This document shows positions 28,144-36,313 of a stretch of DNA of 64,000 nt, piece after piece. Numbering within the stretch: the first letter of the stretch is position 1; each line of letters opens with the position of its first letter. This DNA is from Planctomycetota bacterium (GTDB lineage: Bacteria; Planctomycetota; UBA11346), in contig JBIILZ010000002.1 of the NCBI GenBank assembly GCA_044338255.1, forward strand, positions 23,043 through 87,042. Direction: 5' to 3'. The position numbers and the translations under genes were made by a program. The notes under the pieces were generated by a model that was not told where the DNA came from, did not search any database, and saw nothing but the letters and a program-made list of their open reading frames with translations.

Positions 28144-29046
28144 ATGCTACGCATCACCAAATTCCTACGCCGTGCCACGCTCGCTTCCTGGATGGTGCTC
28201 GGCATATCCGCGTTGCCGGCGGTCGAGGCCATTCCGACCCCCGCCTCCGCGGCTGCCATTGCCGCCCCCGCCCTCGATGCCGCCCCCGCCCTCGATGCCG
28301 CCCCCGCCCTCGATGCCGCCCCCGCCCTCGATGCCGCCCCCGCCCTCGATGCCGACCACGCCATCTGGGGCGCGGTGCTGGCCCAGATCGTGCGCCCCGA
28401 TGGCGTCGACTACGCCGCGGTCCAGCGGTTGCAGCCCGAACTCGATCGCTACCGCTTCCAGCTCGCCCATGCGGTCGAGCCCACCGCAACCGCCGAACGG
28501 CTGGCCTTCTTCATCAATGCCTACAACGCGCTGACGGTGCAGCTGGTCGCCAGCAAGCTCCCGGCCGATCAGAAGACCTGGCCCGATTGGAGCATCACGC
28601 TCATCGGGCCGCCGGCCGGTAATGCCTGGAAGGGCTACAGCTTCGTGGTCGCTGGCGTCCCGCGCACTCTCGATGCGATCGAGAACGCCGTCCTGCGCCC
28701 GCTGGGCGAGCCGCGGATCCACTTCGCGATCAATTGCGCCTCGCGCTCGTGTCCGACCCTGTCCGCGCAGGCGTACCGCGCCGCGACCCTCACCGCCCAG
28801 CTCGCCAACGCCACCGCCGCCTTCGCCCACGACCCCACCCAGCTCCGCCTGGCCGATGGCCATCTGCGCGTCAATCCCATCCTCGACTGGTTCGCGGCGG
28901 ATTTCGCCGCCGCCGGCGGGGTGCGGAAATTCCTGCTCTCCGAGGTCACCGAACCCGGCCCGCTGGCAACCCAGCTTGCGGGTGCCGACCCCTTGCAATT
29001 CTTCATCTACGACTGGCGCCTCAATCTCGCCCACGCACTTCCCTGA
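28144..29046 (+). CDS. secreted DUF547-domain protein with (APALDA)5 repeat
   Basis: Signal peptide (MLRITKFLRRATLASWMVLGISALPAVEA). DUF547-like core: AFFINAYNALTV...VAGVPRTLDAIENAVLRPLGEPRIHFAINCASRSCPTL...YDWRLN. Confidence 0.65.
   Translation: MLRITKFLRRATLASWMVLGISALPAVEAIPTPASAAAIAAPALDAAPALDAAPALDAAPALDAAPALDADHAIWGAVLAQIVRPDGVDYAAVQRLQPELDRYRFQLAHAVEPTATAERLAFFINAYNALTVQLVASKLPADQKTWPDWSITLIGPPAGNAWKGYSFVVAGVPRTLDAIENAVLRPLGEPRIHFAINCASRSCPTLSAQAYRAATLTAQLANATAAFAHDPTQLRLADGHLRVNPILDWFAADFAAAGGVRKFLLSEVTEPGPLATQLAGADPLQFFIYDWRLNLAHALP
28261..28350 (+). repeat. 18-nt in-frame tandem repeat x5 (gccgcccccgccctcgat)
   Basis: Five perfect copies read directly. Encodes AAPALD x5 just after the signal peptide of the DUF547 protein. 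Confidence 0.95.
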
Positions 29047-29098
29047 ACAATTCCTTGAACAATTCCTTGAGCAATTCCTTGAACAATTCCTTGAGCAG
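29044..29098 (+). repeat. 12-nt tandem array TGA(A/G)CAATTCCT x4.5 filling an intergenic spacer
   Basis: Read directly: tgaacaattcct tgaacaattcct tgagcaattcct tgaacaattcct tgagcag. It begins with the DUF547 stop codon and ends 4 nt before the next ATG (29103). It is AT-richer than its surroundings. Confidence 0.95.
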
Positions 29099-29102
29099 CC
29101 CC

Positions 29103-31322
29103 ATGAGCACCAGTGTCCTGCCCGCTAATCCGCTGCTGCGTTTCGCCAACTGGCTGCATCTGCAGTGGCCGGCGGGCATCCCCGAACGGTTGCCGGTGGT
29201 GGCGGCGGATGCGGGCACCACCGTGCCAGGCTTGCTGATCGTCGGGGATCTCACCGGCGTCCCATTGCTGAAGTTCGCACTCGATACCGGCGCCAAGGCG
29301 GCGCAACGCTGCATCCGCGAGCTCGGAACGCCAGGTGCCGACCACGCAATTTTCGATGTCGTGATCATCGGCGGGGGCGTGGCGGGAATGGCGGCGGCGC
29401 TCGAACTGGCCGGCAGCAGCCTGCGGTTCTGCATCCTCGAATCCAATCAGCGACTGGCCACCATCGCCAATTTTCCGTTCGGAAAACCCATCTTCACCTA
29501 CCCCAGCGCGATGGTGCCCACCGGTCGGCTCCAGGTAGGTGCGGGGGTCAAAGAGGAGCTGCTGGCGGAACTCGAAAGCCAGTTTTCCGGCCGCGATCTG
29601 CCGTTGCAGCAGGTCAACGCCACCCATGTCGAGAAGCGCGGCGACCATCTCGCGGTGATGCTGGCCGAGGGCCAGCCGCTGCTGGCCCGCCGGGTCATCG
29701 TCGCCATCGGCCGCAGTGGGAATTTCCGCAAGCTCGGCGTGCCGGGCGAAGACCTGCCGCAGGTGGTGAACCGGCTGCACGATCCCAAGCATTACACCGG
29801 CCAGGCCGTGACCGTGGTCGGGGGTGGCGACAGCGCCTGCGAGGCCGCCATCGCCTGTGCCGCCGCCGGGGCGCGGGTGACGTTGGTGCATCGCGGGGCG
29901 GATTTGGCCAAGGCCAAGGCGGAAAACGCCAAGCAGGTCATGGCGCTCGCGACGCAGGGCACGCTCCAGGTGCGTTTCGGAGCCAAGTTGACCGGGATCA
30001 CCGCCACCGCCACCATGCTGGCCAACGGCGAATCCTTCGCCTCTGACGGAGTCCTGGCGCTGATCGGGCGCGAGGCCCCGTTGGACTTCTTCCGCCGTTC
30101 CGGGGTGCCCATACGCGGCGAACGTTCGTATCCGGTGCTCCTCGGTCTGGCGATCTTCTTCGTCGCCATCACCCTGCTCTACACTATGAAGGCCTTCGGG
30201 TTGTTCGCCCAGGCCACCTGGAATCCGGCGCAGCTCGCGCACCAGCATCTGTTGTCGTTGCAGGCAGCAGGGGCCGCCAAGGGTTTCTGGTACACCATCA
30301 CGGCCTCGGCCAGCAATGGCATCGGCTTCTTCATCTCCGTCCTCTACTGCACCGCGGTGGTCTCCTTCGGCATCGACCGGATGCGGCGGCGGCGCACGCC
30401 GTATGTGCGCCTACAGACGCTGTGCCTGATGGCGGTGCAGTGCATCCCGCTCTTCCTCCTGCCGGAGGTGGTGCTGCCGTGGCTGGGGCATCTCGGGGCG
30501 TGGGACGGCGGCTGGCTCAAGAGCGTCGCTGACAGTCTGTTCCCGGCGGTGGATTACGACGCCAATGGCCGCGAATACTGGCGTGCGTATGGCTTCCTGC
30601 TCGCGTGGCCGCTGTTCGTGTGGAATGTCTTCACCAGCCAGCCGCTGACCGGCTGGCTGATCATCAGTCTGGTGCAGACCTTCGCCATCATCCCGCTGAT
30701 CGTGTGGCGATGGGGCAAGGGCGCCTATTGCGGCTGGTTGTGTTCGTGCGGGGCGCTGGCCGAGACCATGGGTGATCGCCATCGCACCAAGATGCCGCAC
30801 GGGCCGCTCAGCAACCGCTTCAACTTCATCGGCCAGATCGTGCTCGCGGTGGCCTTGATGATGCTGGCGCTGCGGGTGCTGGCGTGGGTCACCGGCTGGG
30901 GCTGGGCCACCAACGCCGGCCAGCAGGCACTCGTCCACGGCTGGAAGCCGGTGGTCGATTTCTTCCTCGCCGGGGCCCTGGGCACCGGGCTGTATTTCGC
31001 CTGGTCGGGCCGGGTGTGGTGCCGTTTCGCCTGCCCGTTGGCAGCCCTGATGCATATCTATGCCCGATTCAGCCGCTTTCGCATTCTGGTCGACAGCAAG
31101 AAATGCATCTCCTGCAATGCTTGCACCACAACCTGCCATCAGGGCATCGACATCATGCAGTTCGCCAATCGCGGATTGCATATGGAGGATCCGCAGTGCG
31201 TCCGCTGCTCGGCCTGCGTGCAAGCCTGTCCGACCGATGTGCTGTCGTTCGGGCGGGTCGATGGCAAGGGCGAGATCAGCGGTCGCGATGCGATCTCGGC
31301 GCGGGTAGCGGAATCAACCTGA
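29103..31322 (+). CDS. NAD(P)/FAD-dependent oxidoreductase fused to a polytopic NapH/MauN-like 4Fe-4S (polyferredoxin) membrane domain
   Basis: Start trimmed to ATG 29103 (MSTSVLPANP...). Two dinucleotide folds (DVVIIGGGVAGMAAA; VTVVGGGDSACEAA). These are followed by TM helices with CGWLCSCGALAE and WCRFACPLAALM motifs, and two ferredoxin motifs CISCNACTTTC and CVRCSACVQACP. Confidence 0.7.
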   Translation: MSTSVLPANPLLRFANWLHLQWPAGIPERLPVVAADAGTTVPGLLIVGDLTGVPLLKFALDTGAKAAQRCIRELGTPGADHAIFDVVIIGGGVAGMAAALELAGSSLRFCILESNQRLATIANFPFGKPIFTYPSAMVPTGRLQVGAGVKEELLAELESQFSGRDLPLQQVNATHVEKRGDHLAVMLAEGQPLLARRVIVAIGRSGNFRKLGVPGEDLPQVVNRLHDPKHYTGQAVTVVGGGDSACEAAIACAAAGARVTLVHRGADLAKAKAENAKQVMALATQGTLQVRFGAKLTGITATATMLANGESFASDGVLALIGREAPLDFFRRSGVPIRGERSYPVLLGLAIFFVAITLLYTMKAFGLFAQATWNPAQLAHQHLLSLQAAGAAKGFWYTITASASNGIGFFISVLYCTAVVSFGIDRMRRRRTPYVRLQTLCLMAVQCIPLFLLPEVVLPWLGHLGAWDGGWLKSVADSLFPAVDYDANGREYWRAYGFLLAWPLFVWNVFTSQPLTGWLIISLVQTFAIIPLIVWRWGKGAYCGWLCSCGALAETMGDRHRTKMPHGPLSNRFNFIGQIVLAVALMMLALRVLAWVTGWGWATNAGQQALVHGWKPVVDFFLAGALGTGLYFAWSGRVWCRFACPLAALMHIYARFSRFRILVDSKKCISCNACTTTCHQGIDIMQFANRGLHMEDPQCVRCSACVQACPTDVLSFGRVDGKGEISGRDAISARVAEST

Positions 31323-31345
31323 ACCTGGCGAATTCGCCGCCGGGT

Positions 31346-32203
31346 TCAGACCCGGCAGCTGACCGTCGCCCCGAGATAGCGCGCCAACAGGGGTTCGCTC
31401 GCGTGCTCAGGGCACAGTACCTCCGCCGGGGCGCCGCAGGCCCGCAGGGCTCCACCGGTTGCTGCTGGTCCTGATCCCGGCCACAGCAAAGCCACCTGAT
31501 CCGCCAGGCGTCGGGCCTGGGCCAGATCGTGGGTCACCAGGACGATGGTGTAGAAGCCGCGCATGCCGGCGATGAGCTCCTCGATGATCCCGGCCGACAG
31601 CGGATCGAGGGCGCTGCAGGGCTCATCCATGAGCAGAACTTCGGGCTCCAGCACCAAGGTCCGCGCCAGGCACAGCCGCTGCTGCTGGCCGCCCGAAAGC
31701 GTGGTTGCGGATTGCGCCAGCCGGTCGCTGACTTCCTGCCACAGACCCACCGAGCGCAGCGCGCGCTCACTGCGATCGGCGCGCTCCTGCCGGTTGCGGC
31801 AGCCGTGCTCACGCAAGGGGATGTCGAGATTGGCGGCGATCGACAGGGGAAACGGCGTCGGGCGCTGGAAGATCATCCCGATGCGCCGCCGCAGGGCGAT
31901 GAGATCGGTCTGCGGTGCGCGGAGGTCGCGCCCTTGCCACCAAATCCGACCCTCGACCCGCGCCGCGGGCTCCACCGCATCCAGGCGATTGAGGCACGAC
32001 AGCAGGCTGGATTTGCCGCATCCGGAAGGACCCACCAGGGCGGTAATGCGGCAGGCCCGCACGCGCAGATCGATGTGGCGGAAAGCCCAGGTGCGGCCGT
32101 ATGCCAACCCGAGTCCTTCCACCTGCAGATCGCCACAGGGGCCATCAGGTGAGGCGCAGGTCGCCCCTAACAGCAGCGGGTCCGCACACGAGGTAGTGAT
32201 CAT
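31346..32203 (-). CDS. pstB: phosphate ABC transporter ATP-binding protein
   Basis: GPSGCGKSSLLSCLNRL, LSGGQQQRLCLAR, LLMDEPCSALDP. Start at ATG 32203 overlaps the pstA stop (ATGA). Confidence 0.92.
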   Translation of the reverse strand: MITTSCADPLLLGATCASPDGPCGDLQVEGLGLAYGRTWAFRHIDLRVRACRITALVGPSGCGKSSLLSCLNRLDAVEPAARVEGRIWWQGRDLRAPQTDLIALRRRIGMIFQRPTPFPLSIAANLDIPLREHGCRNRQERADRSERALRSVGLWQEVSDRLAQSATTLSGGQQQRLCLARTLVLEPEVLLMDEPCSALDPLSAGIIEELIAGMRGFYTIVLVTHDLAQARRLADQVALLWPGSGPAATGGALRACGAPAEVLCPEHASEPLLARYLGATVSCRV

Positions 32204-33036
32204 TGGACGACCTTCCGATGAGCTTGTAACAGGGCGCTGCTGGCCACTTGGATGCCGATGAGGCACAGGATGAGGATGAGGGCGCTGGCGGCGGCCGACG
32301 GATCGCCACCTGCCACGTTCATCGCCAGTTCATAGATGTGCACGGCGATGGTGCGTCCGGGATTTTCCAGGCCGCTCGGCATGCGGTCTGAACCGCCGGA
32401 GGTGAATACCAGGGCGGCGGTCTCGGCCAGGGCCCGGCCCGTGCCTAATCCACACGCTGCCAGCAGACCTGGCATGGCCTGCGGGAGTATGAGTCGCGTC
32501 AGCGTGGTCGTGCGTGACAGCCCGAGGGCCGCTGCTTGGGCGATGAGGGCTGACGGGACTGCGCGCAGGGCGGTATCCGCGACCCGGATCACCAACGGCA
32601 GGATCATGCAGGCCAGAGTCAGGCCGCCGCACGCGATCGAGAACCCGAGCCCGAGCAGGTCACCGAAGAACAGCATGCCGAACATCCCCAGTACGATCGA
32701 GGGCAGACCCGACAGCAGATCCAGGCTGCTGTGCACCCAGCGGGTCCAGGCCCGCCGCGAACTGGAAAGGGCGATCGCCGCACCCAGGGCCACGGGCAGG
32801 ACGAGCGCCCAGCACACCACCAGCGTGAGACCGGTGGCGACCAGGATGCTGGAGATGCCGCCGGCTCGGCCCGCACGACGCGGCAGCTCGCTGAATAGTC
32901 CCCAGCTCAGGCGCGGCCAGGCGGCGAGCAGCAGGTCGGCGATCAGCCAGCCGGCCGCCCCGAGCAGGGTCAGTACCGCCACTGCCGCCAAGGCATCGAG
33001 CGTGCGATCTCGCCAGGGTCGGGAGCGTTCAGACAT
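32200..33036 (-). CDS. pstA: phosphate ABC transporter permease PstA
   Basis: Polytopic permease in pstSCAB order with an EAA-loop-like region (AAALGLSRTTTLTRLILPQA). Start trimmed to ATG 33036. Confidence 0.85.
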   Translation of the reverse strand: MSERSRPWRDRTLDALAAVAVLTLLGAAGWLIADLLLAAWPRLSWGLFSELPRRAGRAGGISSILVATGLTLVVCWALVLPVALGAAIALSSSRRAWTRWVHSSLDLLSGLPSIVLGMFGMLFFGDLLGLGFSIACGGLTLACMILPLVIRVADTALRAVPSALIAQAAALGLSRTTTLTRLILPQAMPGLLAACGLGTGRALAETAALVFTSGGSDRMPSGLENPGRTIAVHIYELAMNVAGGDPSAAASALILILCLIGIQVASSALLQAHRKVVQ

Positions 33037-33916
33037 GGGTCGGCTGCTTCGCACCCGGGGTCGACCGCTCTGCGCTCAAGGTTGGCAAACAGCGCAGGGC
33101 GAGCAGCACGCCGGCCACCAGCAGCATCGCCACCAGGCCGAGAGTGAACAAGGCGCTGCGATGCGTGCCGGTAGCATAGGCCATCTCCAGCGCGACGCCC
33201 CCGGTCAGTGTGCGTATGGGATCGAAGATGCTGTGCGGAACGGCGACGATGTTGCCGGCGACCATCACCACCGCCATCGTCTCACCGATGGCACGGGTGA
33301 ATGCGAGCACGGTGCCGTTGGCGGCTCCGTGCCGCAGGGCCGGCAGCCCGGCCACGCGCAAGCAGCCCCAGGAGGATAAGCCCAGGCTCTGCGCCGCGCG
33401 CCGGTGTTCAGCCGGCACCGAGCGCAGCGCGGCATCCGTCACCAGCAGGATGAGCGGGGCGACCATCAACGCGAGTACGAGACCCGCCGCCAACAGGCCG
33501 AGGCCCGGCGCGTGCAGGTGGCCGATAACCGGGACCAGTGCGGTGAGCCCCCACAGGCCGACGACCACCGAGGGCAAGCCGGCGATGATGATGGCGATCA
33601 AACGGACCGTGCTGGCCAGTGAAGATGGCAGCAGCCAGCCGCTGGCGATGCCGCCGAATACGCCAAGCGGCACCGCCACTAGCAGCGCCACGGCGGTTAC
33701 CGCGAGACTACCCGCGATCATCCCCCAGGCGCCGACCCGACCATCCGCCGGCACCCAGGTGGCATCGGCGAGGAAGCCGGTCACGCCATAGGCCGCCAGT
33801 CCGGGCAGGGCACCGACGCTGATGACCCACACGACCGCGAAGAAGATAGCGCCGGCGACCACCGCCGCCGACCCGCTGGCGATGGCCAGCAACCGATCAG
33901 CGTTGCGGCGAGACAA
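33029..33916 (-). CDS. pstC: phosphate ABC transporter permease PstC
   Basis: Polytopic permease with EAA loop AAQSLGLSSWGCLRVAGLPALRHG. Lies between pstS and pstA. Confidence 0.85.
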   Translation of the reverse strand: MSRRNADRLLAIASGSAAVVAGAIFFAVVWVISVGALPGLAAYGVTGFLADATWVPADGRVGAWGMIAGSLAVTAVALLVAVPLGVFGGIASGWLLPSSLASTVRLIAIIIAGLPSVVVGLWGLTALVPVIGHLHAPGLGLLAAGLVLALMVAPLILLVTDAALRSVPAEHRRAAQSLGLSSWGCLRVAGLPALRHGAANGTVLAFTRAIGETMAVVMVAGNIVAVPHSIFDPIRTLTGGVALEMAYATGTHRSALFTLGLVAMLLVAGVLLALRCLPTLSAERSTPGAKQPTHV

Positions 33917-34712
33917 AGGCCAGATCCGTGATCAGCGCCTCGACGGCCGTCGAGCGGGCGAGTTCGATCAGACCGGCGACGGAGCCGGTGGGCGCGCTGG
34001 TGACGACCAGATTCAGCGGGCGGGTCAGCGGCCAAGTGCCATCACGGACGGTCTCGAAGCTCGGGACATGACCGTCGAGCGTCAGGAGCTTGATCGCGAC
34101 GCCCGCATTGATGTCGGTCTGCGCCGCCCCGATCGAAAGATAGGCGATCGCCCCGGGGGTGACCGCCACGGTCTTAATGCCCTGGGCATTATCGGCGATC
34201 ACCACCGCGGCTTTGATCGCCGCCGTCTTGATCTCGAAATGATGGAGGAACAGCTCCAAGGTGGAGTGGGCCTCCGATTTGTTGACCACCACGATCGGCA
34301 GGTCGGCGCCACCGACCTCGTGCCAGTTGGTGACTTTTCCGGTGTAGATGTCGATCACCTGGGCCCGGGTCAGCCTGGCCACCTGATTGTCGCGGTGCGC
34401 GATGCAGGCGACGCCATCGAGCGCGATGGTGTAGGCGGTGAGATCGGATTCATCCGCCTTCAACTTCCGTGACACCATGCCGATGGTGCTGCGGCCGGCG
34501 CGGACGTCGGCCACGCCGCGCGTACTGCCACCCGTCTGCACGTCGATGCGCACGTCCGGGTGGCGGGCTTCATACACGCGTGCGATCTCGCTTACCAAGG
34601 GGGCCACCGTGCTCGAACCGGTCAAGGTCAGGGCGGTGTCACTGGCGGCCAGGCGCGTCACCGACGCGGCGAGGAGCAGGATAAATGAAGTGACATGTAA
34701 AAGAGTAGTCAT
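33897..34712 (-). CDS. pstS: phosphate-binding periplasmic protein (PstS family)
   Basis: Signal peptide plus LTGSSTVAPLVSEIARVYEARHPDVRIDVQTGGSTRGVADVRAG...IGMVSR, the PBP-like-2/PstS pattern. Confidence 0.85.
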   Translation of the reverse strand: MTTLLHVTSFILLLAASVTRLAASDTALTLTGSSTVAPLVSEIARVYEARHPDVRIDVQTGGSTRGVADVRAGRSTIGMVSRKLKADESDLTAYTIALDGVACIAHRDNQVARLTRAQVIDIYTGKVTNWHEVGGADLPIVVVNKSEAHSTLELFLHHFEIKTAAIKAAVVIADNAQGIKTVAVTPGAIAYLSIGAAQTDINAGVAIKLLTLDGHVPSFETVRDGTWPLTRPLNLVVTSAPTGSVAGLIELARSTAVEALITDLAFVSPQR

Positions 34713-34980
34713 TGGGTGTGCAATTCCGATGCGAGGTCAACGTGGGCAGGAATCGAGTCGCATTCTGCAGCTCGAGCCACGTTCAAGCCACTGTACGAGA
34801 GAATAAATAATCTGTTTGTCTGAAAAAAAAAACATCCAATCGGGTGAGCCTTGGTCACTGAGACTTTACGCAGTTTGCGCCAAGGGACGGCGAAGAACTG
34901 CCAAACAGTCTTCGCGATGGAGCGTACGGCGTGAACCGGATCTGTGCTCTCGCAGATCATAACCCCAGGAACTGCGCTTC

Positions 34981-35349
34981 ATGCGACGACTCCTTACCCC
35001 ACAAATCCTTCTTCATTCCGCGTTGGTGGTGGCTGCATTGGCCATCACACCGGGCATGGCATATGCGAGCGGCTCTTATGCCGGCGGTCCGCCGCCTATT
35101 CCCAAGCCGCAGCCGACGGTGCATGGTGAGATGTATGAGCTCGGACAGATGATCTACATGGAAAAAGTCGATCTGCCCGCGGCCGACAGCACGCAGGCGC
35201 AGGTCCAGACGCCGTCATTGACGCAACTTCAGAAGAGCTTGGCTAATGCCGGCGTGAAAAAGGATCTGGTGAGCCTTTCCGGCCGCCTGACCCCGGCGCA
35301 GCTCAAAGCTTTGGAATCATATGTCCACACCCGGTACATGGGGAAATGA
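34981..35349 (+). CDS. small secreted hypothetical protein
   Basis: 122 aa with a signal peptide (ALVVAALAITPGMAYA) and a Pro-rich linker. I recognise no family. Overlaps the next gene by 4 nt (ATGA). The locus is visibly lower in GC. Confidence 0.5.
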   Translation: MRRLLTPQILLHSALVVAALAITPGMAYASGSYAGGPPPIPKPQPTVHGEMYELGQMIYMEKVDLPAADSTQAQVQTPSLTQLQKSLANAGVKKDLVSLSGRLTPAQLKALESYVHTRYMGK

Positions 35350-36233
35350 ACGTGCACACTTCTCTATCCTGTGTTTCCCTGTGCCTGTCTGCTCTGGCGT
35401 TGCCATCATTGGCGATAGCGGCAGATTCCGCCTATGTGCCCAGGGTCGGGGGCGTTGATACGTCCCTGACAATTTCCCGTTCGTCGTACGATAATTTTTA
35501 TCTCGGTGACGTCAAAGTATCGAATCAAGATGCCTTTGGATCTAACGAAAAGGTCTATCAAGGCACCGCTTCGTTGGCCGTGCGGTACGGCGTTAATGCG
35601 CGTACCGCTCTCGATGTGACCGTCGGCTACACCTCGGTCGATTTCAAGCCGCTCGACATCAAGGAGAAAGGCCTTGATGATACACGATTGGGAGTCACCA
35701 CCGTCCTGGCGGACGAATTCGACGACGCACTCGCAAAATACAATTTACCGACGGTTTCCATGCGCATCGGCGTGATCATCAAGGGTACGTACAACACCGG
35801 TGAAAGCGTGGCCGGACCCACAGCCCCTGGTCTCGGTGCCAATGGCGCGGAAGCGTCGTTGCTATTCGGAAAATATTTCGCGAGCATCGGCTTCGGCTTG
35901 ACCGCCTCGGCGGGATTCAGGTATTATGCGGAAGAAGTACCAGGGCGCTTACTGTGGTCGGCTGGTGCCTATCAGGTTATTGCCGACCAGGTGGTTGTCA
36001 GTGGCCAGGTACAGGCGTCTCGCTCGGGGACTGGTCCTGATATCGGCGGCCCCGGTTTCACCGGTGATTTCCGCGCTGTCCGCGAAGAGAAGGCCGAAAG
36101 TGAAATAGCCGTCGCCTATACCGGTATCGCCGATTCGCAGTTTGGCATCTTCGGTGCCAAGACGCTCGCCTCGGGTAATCGCAATGTGGGTGATGCCACG
36201 ACCTACGGGCTGTTCCTGGGACACCAGTTCTGA
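35346..36233 (+). CDS. putative outer-membrane beta-barrel protein
   Basis: Signal peptide (CLSALALPSLAIA), alternating amphipathic beta-strand-like segments, Gly/aromatic-rich, and a C-terminal ...YGLFLGHQF (terminal Phe beta-signal). Confidence 0.55.
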   Translation: MNVHTSLSCVSLCLSALALPSLAIAADSAYVPRVGGVDTSLTISRSSYDNFYLGDVKVSNQDAFGSNEKVYQGTASLAVRYGVNARTALDVTVGYTSVDFKPLDIKEKGLDDTRLGVTTVLADEFDDALAKYNLPTVSMRIGVIIKGTYNTGESVAGPTAPGLGANGAEASLLFGKYFASIGFGLTASAGFRYYAEEVPGRLLWSAGAYQVIADQVVVSGQVQASRSGTGPDIGGPGFTGDFRAVREEKAESEIAVAYTGIADSQFGIFGAKTLASGNRNVGDATTYGLFLGHQF

Positions 36234-36313
36234 CTTTGAAAATGCGGATCCGTGCGACGCTGCCAATTTCGACGCAGGGCTATGTTTTTTCATCTCGTGA
36301 CGGCAATCCAACG

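Noticed and set aside
28734-29102. N-terminal 123-aa extension of the flavoprotein-polyferredoxin ORF (the track starts it at 28734).
   Set aside because: The extension overlaps the DUF547 gene out of frame and then reads through the 12-mer array (LNNSLNNSLSNSLNNSL). The ATG at 29103 gives a sensible N-terminus, so I used the shorter model.
34790-34835. Pho box in the pstS divergent promoter (ctgtac…ctgtttgtctg).
   Set aside because: I see only loosely CTGT-containing strings without the 7-bp direct repeats at 11-bp spacing. PhoB-box consensus may also not apply to this lineage.
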